NCBI GenBank assembly: GCA_963816355.1
Contig: CAWFKH010000003.1
Coordinates: forward strand, 992,001-1,056,000
Reading direction: 5' to 3'
From: an uncultured Gemmatimonadales bacterium
GTDB lineage: Bacteria > Gemmatimonadota > Gemmatimonadetes > Longimicrobiales > RSA9
Length of the DNA: 64,000 nucleotides
A model generated the notes under the pieces. That model made no database searches, was not told where the DNA came from, and worked only from the letters and a program-made list of their open reading frames with translations. Below are positions 45,156 to 54,382 of this stretch, piece by piece (the stretch's first letter is position 1; every line of letters starts with the position of its first letter). The translations under genes were made by a program, and so were the position numbers.

Positions 45156-45816
45156 GCGACGCGGCAAACCGTTGCGGCGCGCCATCGTGCGCGGCCTCGC
45201 CACGCCGCTCCTCGACCTCCTCATGGCGACGCTGCGCTTCGACGTCCTCCGCGATCCGGAGTACGAGGCGCTGCGGCGGCGGTCCCGGCCCGTCGTGTTC
45301 GTGCTCTGGCACGGGCGGCTCCTGCCGCTCAGCTACCTGCACCGCGGCGAGGGCGTGATGGCACTGATCAGCCGCTCGCGTGACGGCGACGACGTCACCG
45401 CGCTGATGCGCCACTGGGGCTTCGTCGCGGCGCGCGGCTCCAGCTCGCACGGCGGCAGCGAAGCGCTCCGCGACGTCGTCCGGGCGGCGCGGTCCGGGCA
45501 CAGTCTCGCGATCACGCCGGACGGGCCGCGCGGCCCGCGCGAGCGGATGAAGCTCGGCGCGCTGACCGCGGCCCAGCTCAGCGGCCTGCCCGTGGTGCCT
45601 GTCGCCGCCGGGGCGCGCCGCGCGTGGTGGATCGAGGGCTGGGACCGTTTCCTCGTCCCTCGACCGTTCGCCCGCGTGCGCGTCGCCTACGGCGCACCGA
45701 GGATGATTTCCGCGGAGGCCGACCGGCCGTCCCTCTCGCGCATCGCCGCGCAACTGGAGGCCGACCTCGCCACATTGATGCAGGTCGTGGATGGTGACGA
45801 TGGCGCCGGCCGGTGA
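45142..45816 (+). CDS. DUF374/lysophospholipid acyltransferase family protein
   Basis: LWHGRL, ISRSRDG, RGSSSHGG, ITPDGPRGP and WDRFLVPRPF. Confidence 0.85.
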   Translation: MTARERRGKPLRRAIVRGLATPLLDLLMATLRFDVLRDPEYEALRRRSRPVVFVLWHGRLLPLSYLHRGEGVMALISRSRDGDDVTALMRHWGFVAARGSSSHGGSEALRDVVRAARSGHSLAITPDGPRGPRERMKLGALTAAQLSGLPVVPVAAGARRAWWIEGWDRFLVPRPFARVRVAYGAPRMISAEADRPSLSRIAAQLEADLATLMQVVDGDDGAGR

Positions 45817-46810
45817 CCGCCGGCCGTGGAGCCACCGCTGGCTGCACGGCGGCGGCGGCGCGCCCGGCGCGCTGCTGCGGTCCGCGCTCCTTCCGGCGGA
45901 GTGGGTCTACCGGCTGGCCGCCGGCGCGCGCGGCGTCGCCTACGACCACGGCATGCTGGCCGTCGTCTCGGCGGGGGTGCCGGTCGTCAGCGTGGGCAAC
46001 CTCGCCGTGGGCGGCAGCGGCAAGACGCCGTTCACGCGCTGGCTCGTCGACCGCCTGCTGGCACGCGCTCGACGCCCGGCGGTGCTCCACGGCGGCTACG
46101 CCGAGGACGAGCCCGCGCTGCACCGCGGCTGGCACCCCGACGTTCCGGTCTACGCGGCGCGGGACCGGGTCGCGAGCGCGCGGGCGGCGGTGGCGGCGGG
46201 CGCGGACGTCCTCGTGCTCGACGACGGCTTCCAGCATCGTCGCCTGCGACGCGACCTGGACGTCGTGCTCGTCTCCGCGGAAAGCCGCGAGCGGCCGCCG
46301 CACCTCCTGCCTCGAGGCCCGTGGCGGGAGCCCCTCACGGCGCTGCGCCGCGCCGGCCTCGTCGTCGTCACGCGGCGGGCGGCGGATGCCGGCGCGGCCG
46401 GCGAGCTTGCGGCGCGCCTCTCGGCGCGCTGCGCGGCGCCGATCGCGCGCGTGTGGATACGGCCGGCCGCGTGGCGCGACCCGGCCGGCGCGGAGACGCC
46501 GGCGCCCGCCGGGCCGGTGCTCGCGGTGGCCGGCGTCGCGGATCCGGAGGCGTTCTTCGCGAACGCGGCCGACGCGGGCGCCCGCGTCGCCGAGCGTCTC
46601 GTCTACCCGGACCACCACGCCTACGACGGCGCGGACGCCGCCGCCATCCGCGATCGTGCCGCCGGCCGCGCGGTGGTCACGACGGCGAAGGACGCCGTGA
46701 AGCTGACGACGCTCGGCGCGCCGGCGGACCTCCGCATCCTGGTGCAGGAAGTGGTCGTGGAGGAGGGCGAGGCGATGCTCGAAACCGCGATCGACCGGGT
46801 GCTCGCGTGA
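45791..46810 (+). CDS. lpxK: Tetraacyldisaccharide 4'-kinase
   Basis: VSVGNLAVGGSGKTP, LDDGFQH, LLPRGPWRE, PDHH and TTAKDAVK. Confidence 0.93.
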   Translation: MVTMAPAGDRRPWSHRWLHGGGGAPGALLRSALLPAEWVYRLAAGARGVAYDHGMLAVVSAGVPVVSVGNLAVGGSGKTPFTRWLVDRLLARARRPAVLHGGYAEDEPALHRGWHPDVPVYAARDRVASARAAVAAGADVLVLDDGFQHRRLRRDLDVVLVSAESRERPPHLLPRGPWREPLTALRRAGLVVVTRRAADAGAAGELAARLSARCAAPIARVWIRPAAWRDPAGAETPAPAGPVLAVAGVADPEAFFANAADAGARVAERLVYPDHHAYDGADAAAIRDRAAGRAVVTTAKDAVKLTTLGAPADLRILVQEVVVEEGEAMLETAIDRVLA

Positions 46811-48408
46811 CCGAGGACCGCACCGACCTCCTCGTCGTCGGCAGCGGCATCGCCGGACTGACCTTCGCGCTGCGCGCCGCCCAGCGCGCGGACGTCACGA
46901 TCGTCACCAAGAAGAAGCGCGCGGACTCCAGCACCAACCATGCACAGGGCGGCGTGGCGGCCGTGATGGACGCCGCCGACAGCGTGGCCGCCCATGTGCG
47001 CGACACGCTCGTCGCGGGCGCCGGTCTCTGCCACCTGCGTCGGGTCGAGGCGGTTGTGCGCGACGGCCCCGCGCGCGTGGCGGAGCTGATCGCCTGGGGG
47101 GCCCGCTTCAGCGGCGCGCCGGACCACCTCTCGCTCGGCCGCGAGGGCGGCCATTCTCATCGCCGGATCGTGCACGCGCGCGACCGCACCGGGCGCGAGA
47201 TCGAGCGCGCCCTCCTCGACCGGGTCGCGGAGCACCCCCGCATCCGCGTCCTCGAGGACCACGTCGCCGTCGAGCTGACGGTGGGCGTGTGCCGCCGCAC
47301 CGGCCGCCCGCGCTGCGCCGGAGCCGTCGTGCTCGACGAGGCGGCCAACCGACTCCTCTGGACCCGGGCGCGCTGCACCCTCGTCGCAACCGGCGGCCTC
47401 GGCCGCATCTACCGCCACACGACGAACCCGGCGATCGCCACCGGCGACGGGCTGGCGCTCGCGGCCCGCGCCGGCGTCGCGCTCGCCAACCTCGAGTTCG
47501 TCCAGTTCCACCCCACGGCCCTCTACCCCGCCGAAGAGCGCGCGGCGCTGATCTCCGAAGCGGTGCGCGGGGAGGGTGCGGTGCTGCGACGTCGCGACGG
47601 CAGCGACCTGATGCGCGGCGTCCACCCGCTCGGCTCGCTCGCGCCGCGCGACGTGGTGGCCCGAGCGATCGACCGCGTGCTGAAGGAGAGCGGCGACGAA
47701 TACGTCCTGCTCGACCTCTCGGCGATCCCGGAACGTGTCGTCGCCGAGCGGTTCCCCAACATCCGCGAGGAGTGCCGCCGCGCCGGAATCGACATTCCGC
47801 GCGATCCGATCCCCGTCGTCCCGGCCGCGCACTACGTCTGCGGCGGCATCCGGACCGATCTCGAGGGACGCACCTCGCTGGCCGGGCTGCGCGCAGCCGG
47901 CGAGGTGGCCTGCACGGGTCTCCACGGCGCGAACCGGCTCGCGTCGAACTCACTGCTCGAGGCGCTCGTGATGAGCCACCGCGGCGCGCTCGCGCTCGCC
48001 GAGGACCTCGAAGCCGCTCCCGCCTCCGTCGCGCCGCCGCTCTCCACGCTCGGCGAGGCTGTCGACGCCGCCGCCGCCGCCGCGTTGCGCGAGATCCGCA
48101 CGCGCGTCCGCCACCTGATGTGGGACGACGCCGGGATCGTGCGCTCGAGCGCGCGGCTGCGGCACGCCGCGAGCCGGCTGGACGCCCTCGGCGGCGAGGC
48201 GGCCGGCCACCTGCGCCGTCACGGCGCGTACGCCGACGTCGTCCGGACGGCGAACGCTCTCGCCGCCGCGAAGCTGGTCGTGGCGTGCGCGAGGCGGCGG
48301 CGCGAGAGCCGGGGCCTCCACTACACGGTCGACCACCCTCACCGGGACAACGAACGCTTCCTGCGGGACACGGTGGTCACCGGAGCAGGCGGGAGGGCGG
48401 AGCCGTGA
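46807..48408 (+). CDS. nadB: L-aspartate oxidase
   Basis: VVGSGIAGL, AQGGVA, EGGHSHRRIVHA, QFHPT, EAVRGEG, GLHGANRLASNSLLE and RRESRGLHY. Confidence 0.95.
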   Translation: MTEDRTDLLVVGSGIAGLTFALRAAQRADVTIVTKKKRADSSTNHAQGGVAAVMDAADSVAAHVRDTLVAGAGLCHLRRVEAVVRDGPARVAELIAWGARFSGAPDHLSLGREGGHSHRRIVHARDRTGREIERALLDRVAEHPRIRVLEDHVAVELTVGVCRRTGRPRCAGAVVLDEAANRLLWTRARCTLVATGGLGRIYRHTTNPAIATGDGLALAARAGVALANLEFVQFHPTALYPAEERAALISEAVRGEGAVLRRRDGSDLMRGVHPLGSLAPRDVVARAIDRVLKESGDEYVLLDLSAIPERVVAERFPNIREECRRAGIDIPRDPIPVVPAAHYVCGGIRTDLEGRTSLAGLRAAGEVACTGLHGANRLASNSLLEALVMSHRGALALAEDLEAAPASVAPPLSTLGEAVDAAAAAALREIRTRVRHLMWDDAGIVRSSARLRHAASRLDALGGEAAGHLRRHGAYADVVRTANALAAAKLVVACARRRRESRGLHYTVDHPHRDNERFLRDTVVTGAGGRAEP

Positions 48409-48875
48409 AGGTGGCGGTGGTGGCCGTCGGCCGGCCGGGCCGGCTGCTACGTCCGGCGATCGCCGAGTACGAGCGGCGCGCCGCGCGTTACTGGAGCCTC
48501 GAGACTTACGAGGTGAGGGAAGAGAAGGCGAGCCGGGTTGCCGACGAAGCGGAGATCCGGGCGGCGGAGACGCGCCGGTTGCTCGGCCGGGTGCCGGAGG
48601 GGTTGCGCGCGGCCGCGTTGACGCGCCTCGGCGACGCATGGTCTTCGACCGAGCTGGCGCGACGACTGAGCGACCTCGCCGTGCACGCCCTGCCGGGGAT
48701 CGCCTTCCTCGTCGGCGGTGCCTACGGCCTCGATCTCCGGGAACTGCCGCGCTCGACGTTGCGGATTTCGCTCGGACCCGCGACGCTCCCCCACGAGCTC
48801 GCGCGGCTCGTGCTCGCGGAGCAGCTCTACCGTGCCGGCACGATCGTGAGAGGCGAACCGTACCACAAGGGATGA
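48405..48875 (+). CDS. rlmH: 23S rRNA pseudouridine-1915 N3-methyltransferase
   Basis: FLVGGAYG and TLPHELARLVLAEQLYRAGTIVRGEPYHK. Confidence 0.93.
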   Translation: MKVAVVAVGRPGRLLRPAIAEYERRAARYWSLETYEVREEKASRVADEAEIRAAETRRLLGRVPEGLRAAALTRLGDAWSSTELARRLSDLAVHALPGIAFLVGGAYGLDLRELPRSTLRISLGPATLPHELARLVLAEQLYRAGTIVRGEPYHKG

Positions 48876-48876
48876 A

Positions 48877-50526
48877 ATGGCCATAGCTGGCGGCGACGCG
48901 AACCTCGAGATCCACCTCCGGAGTCTCGGAGAGTCCCGGCTCGTCCGCGACTATCTCGCGGGGGCCGAAGCGCTCCGGCCGTTCTACAACGGCAGCCCCT
49001 GGAGCCTCGAATCCTACCGCCGCAAGTGCCGTGAGGTGGATCGCCGCTTCGACGCCGGCGCACGGGACGCGATGGCGCGCGCGATCACGCCCTCCAGCGA
49101 GCGGGCCGCGGCAAAGCTCGCACGCGTGGTGGAGGAAGGCGGTTTCCTGGTCACGACCGGCCAGCAGGCGGGTCTCTTCAGCGGGCCGCTGTACACGACC
49201 TACAAGATCCTCTCGACGATCCAGCTCGCCGCGGCGCTCGAACGGGCCCTGGACCGGCCCGTCGCCCCGCTCTTCTGGGCCGGCACGGAGGACCACGACT
49301 GGGCCGAGGTCGACCACACCTACGTCCTCGACACGAGCAACGAGCTCTGTCGCATCGACGTCGTCCAGCCGCCCGACGCGCCGCCGGTCTCGATGGCGCA
49401 CCGCCGGCTCGGCCCCGAAATCGACGCCGCGCGCGCCGCCCTCGAGCGCGCGCTCCCGCCCACCGACTTCACCCCCGCCCTCCTCGACGCCGTCGCCTCC
49501 GCCTACAGTCAGGGGACGACGATGGGCGCCGCGTTCCGCGACCTGCTCCGCGAGTGGTTCGCCCCGTTCGACCTGCTGCTCACGGACGCGGCCCACCCGC
49601 AGGTGAAGGCGCTCTCGGCCGGCTTGCTCCGCCGCGAGGTCGAGCACGCGGCGCAGGCGGAAGCCGCCGTCGCACGCCAGACGGCGCGCCTCGAAGCCGC
49701 AGGATACGACGCTCAGGTCACCGTCGTCTCCGGCGCGGCCAACATCCTCTTCGAGGACGAGCACGGCCGCGACCGGATCGCGCGCGAGGGCGAGGGTTGG
49801 ATCGCTCGCGGCGGCGCCGTGCGCTGGTCGGACCGCGAGCTGATGGCCGCACTCGAGGCGGCGCCCGAGCGCTTCTCACCGAACGTGCTCCTGCGGCCGG
49901 TCGTGGAGAGCGCCGTCTTCCCGACGCTCGCGTACGTCGCGGGGCCCGCCGAGCTGACGTACTTCGCGCAGCTCGGCGGCATCTTCGCGGGACACCACGT
50001 CGAGATGCCGATCGTCTTTCCTCGCCATGCGGCGGCGGTCGTCGAGCCGAAGGTGCGCAAGGTCCTCCACAAGTTCGACCTCGACATCGCCGACCTCGAG
50101 CCGCCCCTCCACGAGATCGCCTCCCGCTTTGCGCGCGACGAGCTGCCCCGGGATGTGGCGGATGGCCTCGCGGCGCTGCGACGCTCGATCCAGGAGGGCT
50201 ATGGCGCGCTCGAGACCGCGGCGCGCCAGGTGGATCCCACGCTCGAGGGGCCGGCCCGATCGGCGCGCGCCTCGAGCTTCAAGGAGCTCGATCATTTCGA
50301 GAAGAAGGTGCTGCGGCAGCTCAAGGAGCGGAACCGCATCAGCCTGCGGCAGATCGAGAAGGCGCGGGCGAACCTCTTTCCGGACGGCCGCCCGCAGGAG
50401 CGGGTGTTGAACCCCGCCCATTTCCTCGCCCGCTTCGGCTCCGACTTCCTGCGCATGCTCGCCGATCGGTTCCAGGTGGATCCGCCCGGCGAGGCGCCCG
50501 ACTGGGGTCCCACGGTCGTCGCCTGA
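48877..50526 (+). CDS. bshC: Bacillithiol biosynthesis cysteine-adding enzyme
   Basis: VTTGQQAGLFSGPLYT, EDHDWAEV, FSPNVLLRPV, YVAGPAELTYFAQ and PQERVLN. Confidence 0.9.
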   Translation: MAIAGGDANLEIHLRSLGESRLVRDYLAGAEALRPFYNGSPWSLESYRRKCREVDRRFDAGARDAMARAITPSSERAAAKLARVVEEGGFLVTTGQQAGLFSGPLYTTYKILSTIQLAAALERALDRPVAPLFWAGTEDHDWAEVDHTYVLDTSNELCRIDVVQPPDAPPVSMAHRRLGPEIDAARAALERALPPTDFTPALLDAVASAYSQGTTMGAAFRDLLREWFAPFDLLLTDAAHPQVKALSAGLLRREVEHAAQAEAAVARQTARLEAAGYDAQVTVVSGAANILFEDEHGRDRIAREGEGWIARGGAVRWSDRELMAALEAAPERFSPNVLLRPVVESAVFPTLAYVAGPAELTYFAQLGGIFAGHHVEMPIVFPRHAAAVVEPKVRKVLHKFDLDIADLEPPLHEIASRFARDELPRDVADGLAALRRSIQEGYGALETAARQVDPTLEGPARSARASSFKELDHFEKKVLRQLKERNRISLRQIEKARANLFPDGRPQERVLNPAHFLARFGSDFLRMLADRFQVDPPGEAPDWGPTVVA

Positions 50527-50574
50527 GCGCATGGAACTTGCCGCGAGCCCCAGGAAGGATAAGCTTTCACGCAA

Positions 50575-50874
50575 ATGTATGTCATCGTAATCATCCTCGC
50601 CCTGATGATCCCGCTCCTCGCGATCCTGCTCGATTCGCAGCTCGGTCGCGCGCTGGCCGGGCGCCTGGAGCGGAATCCGAGCCTCCCCTCCGAGGGCGAG
50701 GGAGTGGAGCCGCGCGTCGCCGCCCTGGAAGCGGAGATCGAGCGTCTCGCCCAGGAAGTCAAACGCCTCGAGGAAGAGACCCGCTTCACGCAGCAGTTGC
50801 TCGAGGGGCGCGGCGCGTCCGACACCCCGACGCTCCCGCCCGGCGGGCAAGCGCGTGGCGAAGCCGGAGAGTGA
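50575..50874 (+). CDS. Hypothetical membrane-anchored coiled-coil protein
   Basis: N-terminal TM MYVIVIILALMIPLLAILLDS followed by heptad repeats VAALEAEIERLAQEVKRLEEE. Confidence 0.75.
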   Translation: MYVIVIILALMIPLLAILLDSQLGRALAGRLERNPSLPSEGEGVEPRVAALEAEIERLAQEVKRLEEETRFTQQLLEGRGASDTPTLPPGGQARGEAGE

Positions 50875-52483
50875 ATCGCCCGAACCGGCGGAGGCGGACG
50901 CGGTAGAACCGGCGCAGCGGCCCGCCGCGCCGCCGCGTGGCCGCTCGGCGCAGTGGGTCGCCGGCGGCATCTTCCTGAGCCGCATCTCCGGGCTGGTCCG
51001 CGCCCGCATCTTCACCGGCTACTTCGGCACCGGCGTCGCCGCCGACGCGTTCAACGCGGCGCTGCGTATGCCGAACGTGCTGCAGAACCTGCTGGGGGAG
51101 GGGACCCTCAGCGCGTCCTTCATCCCGGTCTACGCCGAGCTATTGAAGGAGGGCAGGGAGGAGGAGGCGGGACGCGTCGCCGGCGCCGTCTTCGCGATCC
51201 TGCTCGCCCTGGCCGGGGGACTCGCTCTGCTCGGCGTGCTCGCGGCGCCGCTCATGGTGGACATCTTCACCACCGGTTTCAGCGGCGCGCAGCGCGAGCT
51301 GACGATCGCCTGCGTCCGCATCATCTTCCCGATGACCGGCGTGCTCGTCCTCTCCGCCTGGTCGCTCGGCATCCTCAACAGCCACCGCCGCTTCTTCATC
51401 CCCTACGTCGCGCCCGTGCTGTGGAACGCCGCGATGATCGCGACGCTCGTGGCGCTCGGCGGCCGGCTGCGCCCGGAGCGCCTCGTGGTCGCCGTCGCGT
51501 GGGGCGCGCTCGCCGGCGGCGTTCTGCAGTTCCTCGTGCAACTCCCGTGGGTGCTGCGCCTCGAACGCAGTCTCCGCATCCGCTTCGACACGCGCCTGCC
51601 CCGCGTCCGCGAGGCGATCTCCAACGCCGTGCCCGCGATCCTCGGCCGCGGGGTCGTGCAGGTGAGCGCCTACGTCGACGTCTGGCTCGCCTCCTTCCTA
51701 GCCGAGGGCGCCGTCGCCGTCATGACCTACTCGATGACGCTCTACCTGCTGCCGATCAGCCTCTTCGGCATGTCCGTCGCCGCGGCCGAGCTGCCCGAGC
51801 TCGCCCGCGAGCGCGGCGGCGCCGCCGCGCCCCTGCGCGAGCGCGTGAACGCGGGGTTGCGCCAGATCTACTTCTTCGTCGTCCCGTCCTTCGTCGGCTT
51901 CCTCGCCCTCGGGGACGTCATCGTGGCCGCCCTCTATCAGAACGGCGCCTTCGGACGCGGCGATACGCTGCAGGTCTACGTCACGCTCGCGGCGTTCAGC
52001 GTCGGGCTCGTCGCCTCCACCGGAACGCGCCTCTTCTCCTCCACCTTCTTCGCGCTGCACGACACGCGTACGCCAGCCAAGACGGCGGCGATCCGCGTCC
52101 TCATCTCCGGCGTGCTCGGCGCCGCGCTCATGTTCCCCTTCTCCCACGTCGAAGTCGCGCCGGGGAAGGCGCTCGGTCCCGCGGGCCTCGGGCTCGGCGC
52201 GGGGGTGGGCGCGTGGGTGGAGTGGTGGATCCTGCGACGCTCCCTGCGGCCCGCGCTGGGCGACGTAGGCGCCGGCGGCGCCACGCTCTTCCGCATGTTC
52301 GCCGCCGCCCTCCTCGCCGCCGGCGTCGGCCGGACCGTCGCCTACGTGCTGCCGCCGATGCACGTGATCCCGCGCGCCGCGATCGTCCTCCTCCCGTTCG
52401 GGCTCACCTACCTGGGCGTGGCCCACGTGCTCGGACTCCGCCAGGGCGAGCGCGTGCTCCGTCGCCTGCTGCGCCGCGGTTGA
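50855..52483 (+). CDS. murJ: Lipid II flippase MurJ
   Basis: SRISGLVR, ADAFNAALRMPN, GEGTLSASFIPV and FFALHDTRTP. Confidence 0.93.
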   Translation: MAKPESESPEPAEADAVEPAQRPAAPPRGRSAQWVAGGIFLSRISGLVRARIFTGYFGTGVAADAFNAALRMPNVLQNLLGEGTLSASFIPVYAELLKEGREEEAGRVAGAVFAILLALAGGLALLGVLAAPLMVDIFTTGFSGAQRELTIACVRIIFPMTGVLVLSAWSLGILNSHRRFFIPYVAPVLWNAAMIATLVALGGRLRPERLVVAVAWGALAGGVLQFLVQLPWVLRLERSLRIRFDTRLPRVREAISNAVPAILGRGVVQVSAYVDVWLASFLAEGAVAVMTYSMTLYLLPISLFGMSVAAAELPELARERGGAAAPLRERVNAGLRQIYFFVVPSFVGFLALGDVIVAALYQNGAFGRGDTLQVYVTLAAFSVGLVASTGTRLFSSTFFALHDTRTPAKTAAIRVLISGVLGAALMFPFSHVEVAPGKALGPAGLGLGAGVGAWVEWWILRRSLRPALGDVGAGGATLFRMFAAALLAAGVGRTVAYVLPPMHVIPRAAIVLLPFGLTYLGVAHVLGLRQGERVLRRLLRRG

Positions 52484-52527
52484 CCGCGCCGGAACGGCTC
52501 GGGACCCGGTCGGGGTAGTACGGACCC

Positions 52528-54357
52528 GTGACGATCGACACCTTCGAGCGAAAGCTCCGCCATCTGCCCACGCGACCCGGCGTGTACGTCTTCCGCGACG
52601 CCGAGGGCGCGATCCTCTACATCGGGAAGGCGAAGTCGCTGCGCTCGCGCGTGCGCAGCCATCTCTCGCCGGACCCGACGTCGATCAAGAACCGCGAGAT
52701 GGTGCGGCGCATCGCGGACGTCGAGACGATCGTGGTGGGATCGGAGGCGGAGGCGCTGCTGCTCGAGGCGAACCTGATCAAGGCGCACCACCCTCCCTTC
52801 AACATCCAGCTCCGGGACGACAAGCGCTACCCGTACATCAAGGTGACGCTGGCGGAGCCGTTCCCGCGCGTCTACGTCACCCGCCGCCTCGACAACGACG
52901 GCTCCCGCTACTTCGGTCCCTACACCGAGGTGGGACCGATGCGGCAGGCGCTGGAAGTGATCAAGCGCCTTTACACCGTCCGCAGCTGCCGCTACGACCT
53001 CCCCTCCGACGCGCCCGCCCGGCCGTGCCTCGACTACCACATCGGACGCTGTCTCGCGCCGTGCGTCGGCCTGCAGTCGCGCGACGAATACCGCGCCATG
53101 ATCGACGAGATCCTCGACGTGCTCGGCGGCCGCATCGATCCCGTGCGCGCGCGCGTCCAGCGCGACATGGACCGCACCGCCGAGGCCATGGACTTCGAGC
53201 GCGCCGCGATCCTGCGCGACGTCCTCACGGGCCTCGACGCCATCGCCCGCCGCCAGCGCGCGATCGACGTGCGGGGCGGCGACCAGGACGTGCTCGGCCT
53301 GGCGCGCGACGGAGACGAGGCCTGCCTCGTCCTGATGCGCATCCGCGACGGCAAGCTGCTGGGCCGCGAGACGCGTTTCTTCGACGGCGTTGCGGAAGAG
53401 GACGACGTCGCCGTCCTCGCCGCCGGCGCGGTCGCGCTCTACCTCGGCCGCGGCGAGCACGGCACCTCCGACCTGCCGCGCGAGGTTCTCCTCCCGCACG
53501 ACTTCGACGACCGCGAGAGCCTCGCCGAGGTGCTCGGCGAGCGCGCCGGCCGCAAGGTCCGCACGCACGCGCCCGTTCGCGGAGCCAAGCGCCGCCTCGT
53601 CGAGCTCGCCAACCAGAACGCGCGCCACCTCCTCGAGGAGCGCGCCGTCCTCGCCGAGCACGTCGACGTGCGCGCCGACGACCTCCTCTACGAGCTGCAG
53701 GAGGCGCTGGAGCTGAAGATCGTGCCGCGCATGATCGCCTGCTTCGACATCTCCCACACTCAGGGGACCGAGGTCGTGGGAAGCGCCGTCGTCTTCCTCA
53801 ACGGCGAGCCGGCGAAGGCCGAGTACCGCCGCTTCCGCATCCGCGGCGAGTGGGGCAACGACGACTTCCGCTCCATGGCGGAGGTGGTCGGCCGCTATCT
53901 GCGCCGTCGTCTGGAGGAGGGCGCGCCGCTGCCGGAGCTCGTCGTGATCGATGGCGGGAAGGGGCAGCTCGGCGCCGCTCGCGCCGCGGCCGACGCGCTC
54001 GGCGCCGGCGACGTCGCCTTCTGCGCCCTGGCCAAGCGCGAGGAGGAGGTCTACCTTCCGGGCCGCGGACAGCCGATTCATCTACCCCGGTCGAGCCCCG
54101 TGCTCCGCCTGCTCCAGAGGCTGCGCGACGAAGCGCACCGCTTCGCACACGGCTACAATCGCAAGCTGCGGCGCCGCCGCACGCTGCGGAGCGAGCTCGG
54201 CGAGATCCCCGGAATCGGCCCGGTGCGCCAGCAGGCGCTGCTCACGCACTTCGGTAGCGTGCGCGCGTTGAAGGCCGCCAGTCCGGAGGAGATCGCACGC
54301 GTGCCGGGCTTCTCCGAGCGGCTCGCTAGCACGCTCGTCCACCACCTTAAGCGCTGA
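52528..54357 (+). CDS. uvrC: Excinuclease ABC subunit C
   Basis: PGVY..LYIGKAKSLRSRV (GIY-YIG), CFDISH, VIDGGKGQL and RDEAHRFA. Confidence 0.96.
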   Translation: MTIDTFERKLRHLPTRPGVYVFRDAEGAILYIGKAKSLRSRVRSHLSPDPTSIKNREMVRRIADVETIVVGSEAEALLLEANLIKAHHPPFNIQLRDDKRYPYIKVTLAEPFPRVYVTRRLDNDGSRYFGPYTEVGPMRQALEVIKRLYTVRSCRYDLPSDAPARPCLDYHIGRCLAPCVGLQSRDEYRAMIDEILDVLGGRIDPVRARVQRDMDRTAEAMDFERAAILRDVLTGLDAIARRQRAIDVRGGDQDVLGLARDGDEACLVLMRIRDGKLLGRETRFFDGVAEEDDVAVLAAGAVALYLGRGEHGTSDLPREVLLPHDFDDRESLAEVLGERAGRKVRTHAPVRGAKRRLVELANQNARHLLEERAVLAEHVDVRADDLLYELQEALELKIVPRMIACFDISHTQGTEVVGSAVVFLNGEPAKAEYRRFRIRGEWGNDDFRSMAEVVGRYLRRRLEEGAPLPELVVIDGGKGQLGAARAAADALGAGDVAFCALAKREEEVYLPGRGQPIHLPRSSPVLRLLQRLRDEAHRFAHGYNRKLRRRRTLRSELGEIPGIGPVRQQALLTHFGSVRALKAASPEEIARVPGFSERLASTLVHHLKR

Positions 54358-54382
54358 GCAGGCCGAGACCGAGGCCCCTGGC

